From assembly GCF_036365525.1 (NCBI RefSeq), contig NC_090386.1, forward strand, positions 81,800,797 to 81,864,796: a stretch of 64,000 nucleotides of DNA. Direction: 5' to 3'. Each line of letters opens with the position of its first letter. Position 1 is the stretch's first letter. The position numbers were made by a program, and so were the translations under genes. The notes beneath the pieces were generated by a model. That model had not been told where the DNA came from and did not search any database. It worked only from the letters and a program-made list of their open reading frames with translations. The DNA comes from Heterodontus francisci (lineage: Eukaryota). Shown in pieces: positions 36,075 through 48,900 of this stretch.

Positions 36075-38745
36075 CACTGCAATTTGACCTCTTCCTCACC
36101 AATCTACCTGTCGCAGATGCATCTGTACATGAGAGTATTGGTAGGAGTGACCACCACACAGTCTTTGTGGAGACAAAGTCCTGTCTTCCCATTGAGGATA
36201 CGCACCATCGTGTTGTGTGGCACTACCACTGTGCTAAATGGGATAGGTTTCGAACAGATCTAGCAACTCAAAACTGGGCATCCACGAGGCACTGTGGGTC
36301 ATCAGCAGCAACAGAATTGTGTTCAACCACAATCTGTAAACTCATGGCCCGGCATATCCCGCACTCTAGAAAATGGCTACCCGACCCGAATCTGATGGGA
36401 TCCGACGACATGTGTCGGGTTCGGGTCGGGTCAGGTCGCTCTTCCGGGTCCGGCATTTGGGCTCGGGTCAGTCGGGAAGGGTCGGCCACACTCTATCACA
36501 ACCTCCGGTACGTGGCTCCAATCTTAATGTACTTTTTAAACACCCTTTCAAGTCCAGTTACAGTTTTTGTTGCTTATCTGCACAAGCTTAAAAAGTGAAA
36601 AACGGAAGTTAGATTAACTGAACATTCCGATGGTCGGGTCAGGTCGGGTTGGGTGCAGGAAAAAATGAAAGGACTTGGGCTGGGTCGGGCTCGGGTCGGA
36701 TGTGGCTCTGTTGGGCTCAGGTCGGGTTTCGTTTGCAGACCCAAGCAGGCCTTTACCGCACTCTACCAATACCATCAAGCTGGGAGACCAACCCTGGTTC
36801 AATGAAGAGTGCAGGAGGGCATGCCAGGAGCACCAGGCATACCTCAAAATGAGGTGTCAATCTGGTGAAGCTACAACACAGGACTACTTACTTGCGTGCC
36901 AAACAGCGGTAGCAGCATTCAATAGACAGAGCTAAGCGGTCCCACAACCAATGGATCAGATCTAGGCCCTGCAGTCCTGCCACATCCATGTCATGAACGG
37001 TGATGGACAATTAAACAACTAACAGAAAGAGGAGGCTCCACAAATATCCCCATCCTCAATGATGGAGGAGCCCAGCACATCAGTGCAAAAGAAAAGGCTG
37101 AAGCATTTGCATCCATTTTCAGCCAGAAGTGCCAAGTGGATGATCCATTTTGGCCTCCTCCTGAGGTCCCCAGCATCACAGATGTCAGTCTTCAGTCAAT
37201 TCGATTTACTCCATGTGTTATCAAGAAATGGCTGAAGGCACTGGATACTGCAAAGACTTTGGACCCTGACAATATTCCGGCAATAGTGCTGAAGACTTGT
37301 GCTCCAGAACTAGCCACGTCCCTAGCCAAGCTGTTCCAGTACAGCTACAACACTGGCATCTACCCGGCAATGTGAAAAATTGCCCAAGTATGTCCTGTAC
37401 ACAAAAAACAGGACAAATCCAACCCAGCCAATCAATAAAGCGATGGAAGGTGTCATTGACAGTGCTATCAAGTGGCACTTGCTCAACAATAAACTGTTCA
37501 CTGATGCTCAGTTTCGGTTCTGCCATGGTCGTTCAGCTCCTGACCTCATTACAGCCTTTGTCCAAACATGGACAAAAAAGCTGAACTCCAGAGGTGAGGT
37601 GAGAGTGACTGCCCTTGACATCAAGGCAGCATTTGACCGAGTATGGCATCAGGAGCCCTAACAAAACTGGAGTCAATGGGAATCGGGTGGAAAACTCTAT
37701 ACTGGTTGGAGTCATACCTAGCACAAATGGAGATGGTTGTTGGAAGCCAATCATCTCAGCCCCAGGACATAGCTGCAGGAGTTCCTCAGGGTAGTGTCTT
37801 AGGCCCGGCCATCTTCAGCTGCTTCTTCAATGACCTTCCCTCCATCATAAGGTCAGAAATGGGGATGTTCACTGATTGTACCATGTTCAGTACCATTCGC
37901 AACTCCTCGGATACTGAAGCAGTCTGTGTCCAGATGCAGCAAGACCTGGACAACATTCAAACTTGGGCTGATCAGTGGCAAATAACATTCACGCCACACA
38001 AGTGCCAGGCAATGACCATCTCCAACAAGAGAGAATCTAACCATCTCCCCTTGATGTTCAATGACACTACCATCATTGAAACCCCACTATCAACATCCTG
38101 AGGGTTACCATTGACCAGAAACTGAACTGGACCAGCTGCATAAATACTGTGGCTACAAGAGAAGGTCAGAGGCTATGAATTCTGTCGTGAGTAACTCACC
38201 TCCTGACTCCCTAGTGCCAGGCTACCATCTACAAGGCACAAATCAGGAATGTGATGGAGTACACTCCATTTGTCTGGATGAATGTGGCTCCAACAACACT
38301 CAAGAAGCTTGACAACATCCAGCACGAAGCAGCCCGCTTGATTGGCACCCCATCTTAAACATTCACTCCCTCCACCATCGACGCACATTGGCAGCAATGT
38401 GTACCATATACAAGATGCACTGCAGCAACTCACCACACCTCCTTCGACAGCACCTTCCAAACCCGTGACCTCTTCCACCTAGAAGGACAAGGGCAGCAGA
38501 TGTGTGGGGACACCACCACCTGCAAGTTCCCCTTCAAGTCACACACCATCCTGACTTGGAAATATATCACCGTTCCTTCACTGTTGCTGGATCAAATTCC
38601 TGGAATTCCCTCCCTAATAGCACTGTGGGTGTACTCGGACCAGAGGGACGACAGCGGTTCAAGAAGGTAGCTTATCACCACCTTCTCAAGGGCAATTGCG
38701 GATGGGCAACAAATGCTGGCCTTGCCAGCGACACCCACATCCCAG
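36075..38745 (+). mobile_element. Jockey-group (CR1/L2-related) LINE, EN C-terminus to 3' end, decayed
   Basis: DLFLTN..IGRSDHH (APE), PWFNEEC, CAPELATSLAKLFQYSYNTG, QFRF, ALDIKAAFDRVWH, GVPQGSVLGP..FNDLP and MFTDC (degraded FADD). Confidence 0.9.
36367..36755. mobile_element. hAT-family MITE nested in the LINE
   Basis: Perfect 8-bp TSD CCGCACTC (36359-36366 and 36756-36763), TA...TA termini, and dense subterminal TCGGG/CCCGA repeats. Confidence 0.88.
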
Positions 38746-38849
38746 TAGTGGAGTCATGGTTCAGGGGGTAGTAGGAGGTGGGTCAGAGAGTGGCTGTTCA
38801 GCCTCTGCTAGGTAGAGGCACCATCCTTGTCGGCATATTTGATGCTGAG

Positions 38850-38982
38850 GCTGATATTTTCATTGAGATCTGCTGGAATGACATCAGTCGTTTCAATTTC
38901 CCTGCTCCCCGCGCTGACACTACCCTGTTTCCCTCTGAACTTGCTGCACTCCATTCTCTCAGGTCTAACCCTAACATTGTGA
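38850..38982 (+). mobile_element. Penelope ORF internal fragment (pre-RT region)
   Basis: DIFIEICWNDISRFNF...LFPSELAALHSLRSNPNIV resembles the PLE motif NLSxxExxALxxLxxNxDIVIKPADKG. Confidence 0.6.
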
Positions 38983-39029
38983 TGGAACTGCTCAGATCAG
39001 GTGGAAAAAGAAAAGAAATCTAGGTGGTC

Positions 39030-39640
39030 ATAGTGAATAAAACATACACAATTCTCAGAGCAGTGCTTGGCTGCATAAAAATAACATCCTGGGTTTGATT
39101 AGTAGAGGAATGGATTACAAATCAGAAGATGCTATAGGGTGATTGTATAAGGTATTGGTTAGATGTCAGCTGGAGCACTCTGTGCAGTACTGGTCACAAT
39201 TATCAGAACAAAGAGCTTAGGAGAGGTTATAGAAGTAAACAACATGATACCAGGAATTGCAATTTTGGGGAATGGTGAAGGATGTTAGATTTGCTCTCTT
39301 TGGAAAAGAGACCAAAATCTGGATTAATTAACATTTTGAGGAGAATTAATAAACTGGTGCAAGATAATTGTTTGCTCGGGCAAAGAATGTAAATACCAAG
39401 GGATACAAGTTTAACATTGTAAAGTTAATAATAATAAGGAATAGATTTATAGAGCAAGTTACAAGAGAAGACTGTTGAGATAAATAAAATATATTGATTC
39501 GAAACTCAATGAAATGTGCTGCTGGAGAAAGGCGGGATAAAGGGATACAGTGAGAAGCTCGGTTAAGATTAACAAGATTAATCAAAAATGTCAGGTTTGT
39601 TTGTCTTAATTACCTTTTCCTGTGCCTAAAAATTCTCAAG
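39030..39640 (+). mobile_element. Old CR1 3' fragment
   Basis: Degenerate LGLISRGMDYKSEDAIG.LYKVLVRCQLEHSVQYWS and the CR1 3' region. Confidence 0.7.
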
Positions 39641-39684
39641 TTAATTGAATCTGGATGATTAGAACAGTGGTAAATGGGAAGGAA

Positions 39685-40042
39685 CTCTAGGATTTTGATT
39701 CAGCTACAGTGAAGGACAGCGATATAGTTCCAAGTAAGGATGGTGTGTGACTTGGAGGACAGCTTGGAAGTAGTGGTGTTCCATGCACCTGATGCCCTTG
39801 TTCTTCTAGATGGTAGAAGTCGTGGGTTTGGGAGGTGCTGTTGAAAGAGCCTTGGCAAGTTGTTGCAGTGCATCTTGTATATGGTACACACTGCTGCCAC
39901 AGTGTGCCGGTGGTGGAGGGACTGAATGTTTAAGGTGGTGGATGGGGTGCCAATCAAGTGGGCTGCTTTGTCCTGGATGGTGTCAAGCTTCTTGAGTATT
40001 GTTGGAGCTGCACCCATCCAGGCAAGTGGTGAGTATTCCATC
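39685..40042 (-). mobile_element. Jockey-group LINE 3' fragment, same family as 36075-38745
   Basis: MEYSPLAWMGAAPTILKKLDTIQDKAAHLIG..SLHHRHTVAAVCTIYKMHC. Confidence 0.85.
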
Positions 40043-40044
40043 GC

Positions 40045-40360
40045 ACTCCCGCTTGATGCATTGGCAGGCCTGCCAGACAGCCTGATGTCACTGTCAAGGA
40101 TCATGGAGGAATCTGGCTCTAACAAAGTATGGGGCTTTGAGCAGGGCTTGGAACCTATCCTTTCCAGCATGGAAGTGGTGGCTAACTCCATGAGAGCACC
40201 AGTGGACATGACCATGATGCAGTGTCTGATGGCTGACGTCTCAGCTTCCATTGCAGTGCTGCAGTAGAAGCTTAGATGTCCTGAGGTCATGAAATCTCAG
40301 CTTGCTGCCATGCAGGCTCAGAATGCTGCCATCATGGCAGGTTTTCAGGTCTTACAGCAA
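40045..40360 (+). pseudogene. Harbinger Myb/SANT gene C-terminal fragment
   Basis: LAGLPDSLMSLSRIMEESGS..QGLEPILSSMEVVANSM aligns by eye with LEFPEAARGLKQRMEESIQ..QGFERMSSSTERVANLM of ORF 13561-13941. Confidence 0.6.
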
Positions 40361-40540
40361 TCCAGCAATGGGGGTCACAAGGAATGCTTTCTCCACGTGC
40401 AGCACCACTCCCTGCAGACTTCACCAGCTCTAGCCAAATCCTCAAAACACCCAGTACTTCCACAAACTTAAACAAAATCAATAGAAAATAATCAGCATCT
40501 AACCGACAAGTTTATGATGATCCCTTTAAAAAGCAATGGT

Positions 40541-43500
40541 TACGAACATACGAACAAGGAGCAGAAGTGGGCTATTTGGTCCCTCAAGCCTGCACTGCCA
40601 TTCAAGATCATGGCTGATCTGTTTGTGTTTCGAATTCCACACTACCATCTACCCCCAATAACCTTTGATTCCCTTGCCTAACAAGAATCAATCTACCCCC
40701 ACCTTAAAAATATTCAATGACCCCGCCTCCACCACCTTCTGAGGCAGGGAGTTCCAAAGTCGCAAAACCCTCTGAGACAAAAAAATTTCTCCTCATCGCT
40801 GTCCTAAAAGGGCGATCCCTAATTTTAAAACAGTGCCCCCTAGTTCTGGACTCACCCACAAGAGGAAACATCCTTTCCACATCCACCTTGTCAAGACCAT
40901 TCAGGATCCTATATACTTCAGTCAAGTCTCCCCTCACTCTTCTAAACTCCAGTGAAAACAAGTTCAGTCTGTCCAACCTTTCCTCATAAGAAAACCCACC
41001 CTTTCCAGGTATTAGTCCAGTAAACCTTGTCTGAACTGCTTCCAGTGAATTTACATCCTTCCTTAAGTAAGGAGACCAATACTGTACATGGTATTCGAGA
41101 CGTGGTCTCACTACTGCCCTGTATAACTGAAGCATAACATCCTTACTTTTATTTTCAATCCCTCTCGTAATTAATGATAGCATTCCATTAGCCTTCTTTA
41201 TTATCTGCTGTACCTGCATACTAACGTTTTGTGACTCCTGCACCTGAACACCTAGATCCCTCTGCACTTAGGAATTCTGCAGTCATTCTCCGTATAAGTA
41301 ATACTCTGCTTTTTTATTCTTCCTGCCAAAGTGAACAACTTCACATTTTCTCACATTATACTCCATCTGCCAGATCTTTGCCCATTCACTCAACCTATCT
41401 ATATCAGTCTACAAGCTCCTTATGTCCTCTTCACAACATGCTTTCCTACCTATCTTTGTGTCATCTGCAAATTTAGCTACCAAGCCATCTCTCCCCTCGT
41501 CTAAGTCATTGTAAAATTGTAAAAAGTTGAGGCTCCAGCACAGACCCCTGTGGGACTCCACTCATCACATCCTGCCAATTAGAAAAGGACCCATTAATGC
41601 ATACTCTCTGTTTTCTGCCAGCCAGCCAATCTTCTATCCATGCCAATATGTTATCCCCTACACCATGAGCTCTTACTTTGTGCAATAACCTTTTATGTGG
41701 TGCCTTCTGGAAATCCAAGTACAGTACGTCAACGGACTCCCCTTTATCCACAGCACATGCCACTCCTTCAAAGAACTCCAACAAATTGGTTAAACATGAT
41801 TTCGCTTTCACAAACTATGTTAACTATTCCCGAATACCTTGAGTTTTCTTAAGTGCCCAGCTACAACTCCCTCAATGATCGATTCTAACACCTTCCCCAT
41901 GACAGAGATCAAGCTAACTGGCCTATAGTTGCCTATTTTCCGCCTCCCCCACTTCTTGAAAAGAGAGGTTATATTTGCTACTTTCCAGTCTGATGGAACC
42001 TTTCCAGAATCTAGTGAATTTTGAAAAATTAATGGCAATGCATCTACTACCTCATTAGCCACCTCTTTTAAGACCCTAGGATGAAGCTCATCAGAACCTG
42101 GGGACCTCAGCCCGCAGCTCCATCAGTTTGGTCAGTAGCGCTTCCCTGGTGATTGTAATTTCACCAAGTTCCTCTCTTCCTTCCACCTCCTGATTTACAG
42201 CTATTGCCAGAATGTTTTTTTGTATCCTCTATAGTGAAGACAGAAGCAAAATATTTGCTCATTACATCCTCCATTTCCTTATTATCTACTATTAGCTCCC
42301 CATTCTCACTCTCTAGAGGACCAACACTCACTTTACTTACTCTTTTTCTTTTGAAATACCTGTAGAAACTCTTGCTATCCATTTTTACATTTCTAGATAG
42401 CTTCCTCTCATACTCTAATTTCTTTCTCCTGATTATCATTTTAGTCATTCTCTGCCATTCTTTATATTCTGACCAATCATCTGAACTGCCACTCATCTTT
42501 GCGCAATTATATGCCTTTTCCTTAAGTTTGATGCTTTCCTTAACTTCTTTAGTTAACCACAGATGGTGGATCCTTCCCTTAGAATTTTTCTTCATAGTAG
42601 GAATATACTTGTTCTGATTATTCCAAAATATCCCCTTAAATGTCTGCCACTGCTTCTCTATTGATCTATCTCCAAGCCTGGTAACCCAGTTTACTTCAGC
42701 TAGCACAGCTTTCATGTCCACATAATTGCCCTTATTCAAGTTTAAAATTCTAGTCTTAGACCCACTCTTCACTCTTTCAAACTAGATGTAAAATTCTATC
42801 ATATTTTGGTTGCTGCTACCTAGAGGTGCCTTTTCTCTGAGGTCATTAATTAATCCTGTCACATTACACAATACCAAGTCTAATATAACCTGCTCTCTGG
42901 TTGGTTCCAGAACATGCTGCTCTAAGAAACTATCTCGAAAGCATTCTATGAACTCCTCATCCAGGCTACTATTGCCAATCTGATTTTTCCAGTTTATATG
43001 TAAATTAAAATCACCCATGATTATTGCTGTCCCTTCATCATCAGCACCCAATATTTCTTCTTGTATACTTCGTCCTGCACTGTGATTACTGTTCAGAGGC
43101 CTGTAGACTACTCCCACTAGTGACTTCTTTCCCCTACTATTCCTCATCTCCACCCAAACCGATTCTACATCCTGATCTCCCGAACCAAGATCATCTCTAA
43201 TTATTGCACCAACGCCATCCTTGATTAATAGTGCTACCCCTCCACCTTTACCTAGCTTCCTAATCTTCTTGAATGTCACATACCTCTCAATATTTAGGAC
43301 CCAATCTTTGTCATTCTGCCACATCTCCGTAATGGCTATCAGATCACTTTTATCAGATCAGATTTACTTCAATGTGTGGCATCAGTTCGTCTACTTTGTT
43401 ATGAATGCTATGTGCATTCAGATACAGAGCCTTTAGTTTTGTCTTTTTGTTATCTTTGTAATATCTAGTCTCAACTGTTGGTACGTTCTTAGTTTTTTCT

Positions 43501-45088
43501 CTCTGTCCCTTCCTGCCATCCTCTGACTCTCGTTTCCGATATTACTATTCTGCTCTCCTGCCTTGACTCTACCCCTTGATTTCCTACATCTACTCAAGCA
43601 TGATCCCTCACCCCCTTGTTTAGTTTAAAGCCCTCTCTACTTCTCTAGTAATACGGTTTGCTAGAACACTGGTCCCAGAATGATTCAGGTGCAGACTGTC
43701 CCAACGGTACAGCCCCCACTTTCCCCAGTACTGGTGCCAGTGCCCCACGAAACAAAACCCACTTCTCCCACACCAGTATTTGAGCCACATATTCATTTCA
43801 CCAATCTTATGTGCCCTCTGCCAATTGGCACATGGCTCAGGTAATAATCCAGAGATTATCCTTGAGGTTCTGCTCTTCAATTTGGTGCCTAGCTCCTCAT
43901 ACTGATTAAGCAGAATCTCTTTTCTAGTCCTACCTATGTCATTGGTACTTACATGGACCAAGACAACTGGATCTTCCCCCTCCCACTCCAAGTTCCTGTC
44001 CAGCCCTGAGCAGATGTCCCAACCCTGGCACTGGGTAGGCAACACAGCCTTCTGGATTCAGGCTCTCGGCTGCACAGAACAGTGTAAATCCCCCTCACTA
44101 TACTATTCCCTACTAACACTACATTCCTTTTTGCTCCCCCCACTTGAATAGTTTCCTGTACAACAGTGCCATGGCCAGTCTCCTCATCCACCTTGCAGAC
44201 CTTGCTTTCTTCCACACAGGTTGAGAGCACTTCAAACCTGTTTGACAATTGCAAAGTCTGAGGCTCCTCCACTACTGTCTGCTCGGTCCCATTACCTGCC
44301 TCACTCATGATCACATCCTCCTGTCCCTCATTGCTGACCAAAACAGATGACCCTATTCTAAGAGGTGTGACCATCTTCCAGAACAAAGTGTCCAGGTATT
44401 TCTCCCCCTCCCTTATGTTGCGCAGTATTTGCAGTTCAGCATCCAGATCAATAATCCTGATCCGGAATTCCTCTCTCTGCTTACACTTTCTGCAGACGTG
44501 TTTGTCCTGGATCGCCTTGGCATCCAAAAGCTCCCGCATACCACAGCTGCAACAAAACACCTGTCCTGCCATTGTTAGTTATGCTATTAGTTAATTTATT
44601 TGAATTACTTTCTTAATTAACTTAGAATAATTCTTATGTATAGTAGAAGTTTACTGTACTTATTAAATGCTAGTACCACCTACAGTTAAAGTTCTACATT
44701 TCTTAATTGCATAGATATGTGTTTATGGTATTTATTTTAATTATTTTATCTTTTATTTATTTAATATTTAATTTTAAAGTGTTAGTTCTTTTTATAGATC
44801 TACCCTAACTTTGGTGTCCTAAGCTAGCTATTAACACACTGTCCCTTACACGAAGCACTTACCGGCCAATCAACGTACTAGTTTCCTGTGATGTCACTGT
44901 TGTTTTCCAGCAGCTGAAATGGCTCCAGGCTCCTGCCTGCCTCCACTCCGATTCCCCGGCTGTATTTATGGCGCTCCCGACTCCTGACTGCCTCTGCTCT
45001 GCTCCAGATAGGAAAGGCCGATGCCCGGGCTGTAATTATGGCATTCCTGGCTCCTGATTGCCTCCACTCTGCTCCAAATAGGAAAAGG
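40541..45088 (-). mobile_element. CR1 LINE, near full length, frameshifted
   Basis: ORF1 (44572-43620) has CCSCGM..HVCRKC, LSNRFEVL and SGNH-like VLVGNSIVRG / VHVSTNDI / DSLHLN. EN (about 43420-42782) has GGGVALLI, VGVVYRP and IMGDFN. RT (42770-40704) has NYRPVSL, YLDFQKA and GVPQGSVL. The 3' UTR is present. Confidence 0.95.
44948..45088. repeat. Two ~70-bp tandem units plus a partial third at the CR1 5' end
   Basis: CCGATTCCCCGGCTGTATTTATGGC...CTGCTCCAGATAGGAAAGG is repeated as CCGATGCCCGGGCTGTAATTATGGC...CTGCTCCAAATAGGAAAAGG. Confidence 0.8.
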
Positions 45089-45939
45089 TTGAGGGTGGGG
45101 GAGGTGGGGGGTGGGTGACCTTCCTGCTGCTGAACGCATGTTTAGCTGTGCCAGGTTAAGAAAGGGCATTAGCTACAGCGGCAAGGTCCAAAATGGCAGT
45201 GCAGGCATTAAATCAGCATTACCCACTAACTGGCTTCACAATCCATCTTACTCTGAACATTTCTGGTGCGCGCTCCTAATGTCCATGCTAAAGCCCTCAC
45301 CAAGGTGGCGTTAGGCATGAGCTGGACTGGAACTGAGCACAAGTGGCATGGATGCAATTTTGGGACCAAAACACTACCTGTAGCATTGAAACTATAGGGA
45401 CCACAAGCTGAATTTTGCTGCCAATCTGTTTTATTATTTAGTTTTTAAGAGTGATTGGAAATCACATTCTGCCAATTTATGTGTTTTTTCCACAAAACAT
45501 GCAAACTAGTGGCTTTGCTGACAACATGGCCCTAATTTTAACTGCCCACCTGATGGAAACCGGGCAGGGGGCAGTTCAAATAGCAGGAGTCACTTACTCC
45601 TCTCCCCCGCAGCCCCAATCCTGCTTCCCTCCTGCTGTGCCCTCAAATTAACCTGGTCTTTTGAGCAGATGAGCAGGCCACCTGCAGGAAGGAAGAGGGG
45701 TCCTGTTTTAAATATGCAGATCAGGTCTGATGATGTCACCAGACCTGGACAATTTCAAGCTGAGGCCTGAGTGGAGAGGAAGGTGAAGGGCGGTGTCAGC
45801 TCCACCGTCAGGCAAAACCTGCTGATCCTGGGCCAGCGAGGTATTGAGGATAAGTTTTAAATTCATTTTTCAGGTTTTCTTGTGGGCCAGGTGGGACAGG
45901 CGTGCATCTCTGGGTATCATAAGGAAGCCTAGTGGCTCC

Positions 45940-48900
45940 CTTGCCCATGGTGGATCACCACCTTGGTGTGGTGGAGAGACTTGCGCGTGCCGACAATCCC
46001 TTGAGCAATGTCATCAGGAGCTTCTTGCTCCTGGTAGGGTCACCCATGGCGGCAAGGTCAGGGGGAGGTGCCAGATCAAGTGCGGTCCAAAAAGTCCTTA
46101 ACGGCGGAACAGGCGAAGAAAGGCTGTGTGTCTCACTGGCTGCGAAGTCGGAAGAGGACTGCAGTGGCAAGGGCGTCCTGGTCATCGTAGTTTGACACAT
46201 CACCGAAATCTGACCACCAATTTGTCCAGATTGTGAGGATAATGACGGTGCCCAAGATACCCATGTTAAACAAAGTCACATGCAGGCTTCTTTCTACCAG
46301 GGTCCATTTGCCAAGTCCTGTGGTGATGGAGAATTGGCGACGGGGAGAGGGCTGTAAACCTGGGAATCCCTCGTCAACAATCAGCACACAGGCGACAGAT
46401 GCATGAAGGTTGTTGGACCCCTGTGTTGGGAAAAAGGTGTCTTTGGGCAGCAGCACCTGTGACTGAGCAGTCTTCTTCAGGATACCCTCTGCTCACCCCA
46501 AATGGGGGGAGGGCTAGAAAAGTGCCACTTTCTCCTGGCTGGGGAACCACACCCTGCAGGATCACCATCTTCGTGGTCAAAGAAAGAAAACTTTACATTT
46601 TGCAACTTGGAAAGTCAAAACACTCATGGATAATCTCAAGAGTGACTGTCCAAAAAGAAGAACTGCAATCATATCATGTGAGCTATCAAGACTCCAAATT
46701 GACATCGCCACCCTCAGTGAGGCCTGCCTTTCTGTGGAGGGGCAGCTAAAAGAACAAGCAGGACAATACACCTTCTACTGGAAAGAAAAGGCTGGCAGTG
46801 ACCCTTGTGTCCACGGATTTGGTTTTGCCATTCGGAATAGGATCTTGGATGCACTGCCAGAATTCCCCAACTGCGTAACTGAAAGACTCATGACACTTCT
46901 CCTACAGCTCAGCCGTAATCAATACGCCACTGTCATCGGCACTTATGCCCCGACTCTTGACTCCGATGAAGATGTTAAGGAAAAGTTCTATTCTGAGCTT
47001 GATGAAGTCCTCACTGCCATTCCAAAAGAACAGAAGCTCATCCTTCTGGGGGACATTACTGCCAGGGTTGGCTGTGACTTCAATGTCTGGAGAGGAACCA
47101 TTGGGAAAAACAGGGTGGGAAAAGCCAATGCAAATGGTATCCTCCTGCTGACAAAATGTACTCAGCATAGTCTCATTATAACAAACACCTTCTTCTGCCA
47201 GAAGGACAAATACAAAAGCACATGGCGACATCCTAGATCAAAGAACTGACACCTTCTGGATTATGTCATTGTTCGAGTCAAATATCTGAGTGATGTCTGT
47301 ATCACTCGATCCATGCAGGGAACTGATGCCTGCTGGACTTGTTCAATCAGTGATGAACATTCAACTAGCACCAAGGCATCGCAAGGCACAAAAGTTCAAG
47401 AGAAAGAAAATCAATGTCTCAGCTCTAACGCAGCCTGACCGAAGAGAGGAATTCCAAGTGCAGCTCCCAACCAATCTGAAAAATCCTCAGGCATCCAACT
47501 CAATTCATAACAGTGGGAACAAATAAAGTCATACTAGACTCCTATGTCCAGACCATTGGGTTCGAGCATCGTCATCACTAGGACTGGTTCGATGAAAACA
47601 ATGCTGAAATATGTGACCTCCTGGAACAAAAACGAGCAGTCTTCATTGTCTGGCAGAACAATTCAAGGTTGCAAGTCAAGAAGGCAGCATTCCAACAGCT
47701 CAAGGCAGACACCCAAAGACAAATCTGGAAAAATAAAGGTAAGTGGTGGGACGAGAAAGCCCGAGAGATCCAACAATATGCTGACCATCATGACATGAAA
47801 AGCTTTTTTGAAGCCACCAGGGCCATCTATAGACCAAAATCAAATGGACAAAATCCCCTTTGCTCACAGGATGGTGTCATCCATCAATGCTGGAAAGAAT
47901 AATTTTAGCAACTCCTCACCTGTGACAACAGATACTTTTCAGGCTATCCCCCAGTACCCTGTGGTAGAATCCATGGGCGAACCAGCATTGATGGGAGAGC
48001 TGCAACAAGCAATCAAATGGATGAAAAACAACAAAGCCTGCTGTCTCAATGGTATTCCAGCTGAGGTCTTCAAAGCTAGTGGGCTTTTGCTCACATCAAG
48101 ACTCCATGCACTTATCGTACGGATTTGAGAGGAAAAAGAACACCCCCCAGCCCGACTTCAGGAATGCAACAATTGTAACTATCTTCAAGAAGGGAGATAC
48201 GTCATGCTATGGGAACTATCGAGGTATTTCCATCTTGTCCATAGCAGCGAAAATCCTGTCATGCATTCTTCTGAATTGCCTACTTCCTATGGCTGATGAA
48301 ATCCTCCCAGAGACACAGTGTGGCTTTGGACCTTCCGGAGGAACCTCCGACATGGTCCTTGTTGCCCCACAAATCCAGGAAAAATGTTGAGAACACAACA
48401 CCAGGAACTCTTCATTGCATTCAGCAACCTGACCAAAGCATTTGACTCAGTAAATCATGAGGCTCTGTGGATTGTGCTCCAAAGATTTGGATATCCAAGA
48501 AACTTCATTACAATCCTGCAATTGCTCCATGATGATATGACTGCAACTGTCTTGAGTGGGAGATCTAAAATAGATGCCTTCAAAATCTGGACCAGGGTCA
48601 ATCAAGGCTGTGTAATAGCCCCATAGTATTCACAATCTACCTGACATTAGCTATTCATCTCGTGAAATATCAGCTGCCCTCTGGTGTGAGTATTAAATAC
48701 TACCTAGATGGAAAACTCTTTAACCTCAGCTGCCGTCGTGCCAAAACTAAACTGACCACCATAAACATACATGATCTACAGTTTATGGATGACTGCAGTA
48801 TTGTTGCCCACACTGCACCAGATTTGCAAGTTGCTCTCAATCTCTTCAATTCTGCATACAAGAGACTCGGCCTGTCCTTGAATGTTGCCAAAACAAAACT

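Noticed and set aside
35984-36598. 204-aa novel ORF
   Set aside because: A chance chimera of Penelope antisense sequence, LINE endonuclease and the hAT MITE.
36367-36755. CRISPR-like or satellite array
   Set aside because: The pentamer repeats are irregular with no constant repeat-spacer period, and the 8-bp TSD identifies a hAT MITE.
39700-40290. 196-aa novel ORF
   Set aside because: A fusion of the antisense of a Harbinger Myb-gene fragment with a LINE RT C-terminus.
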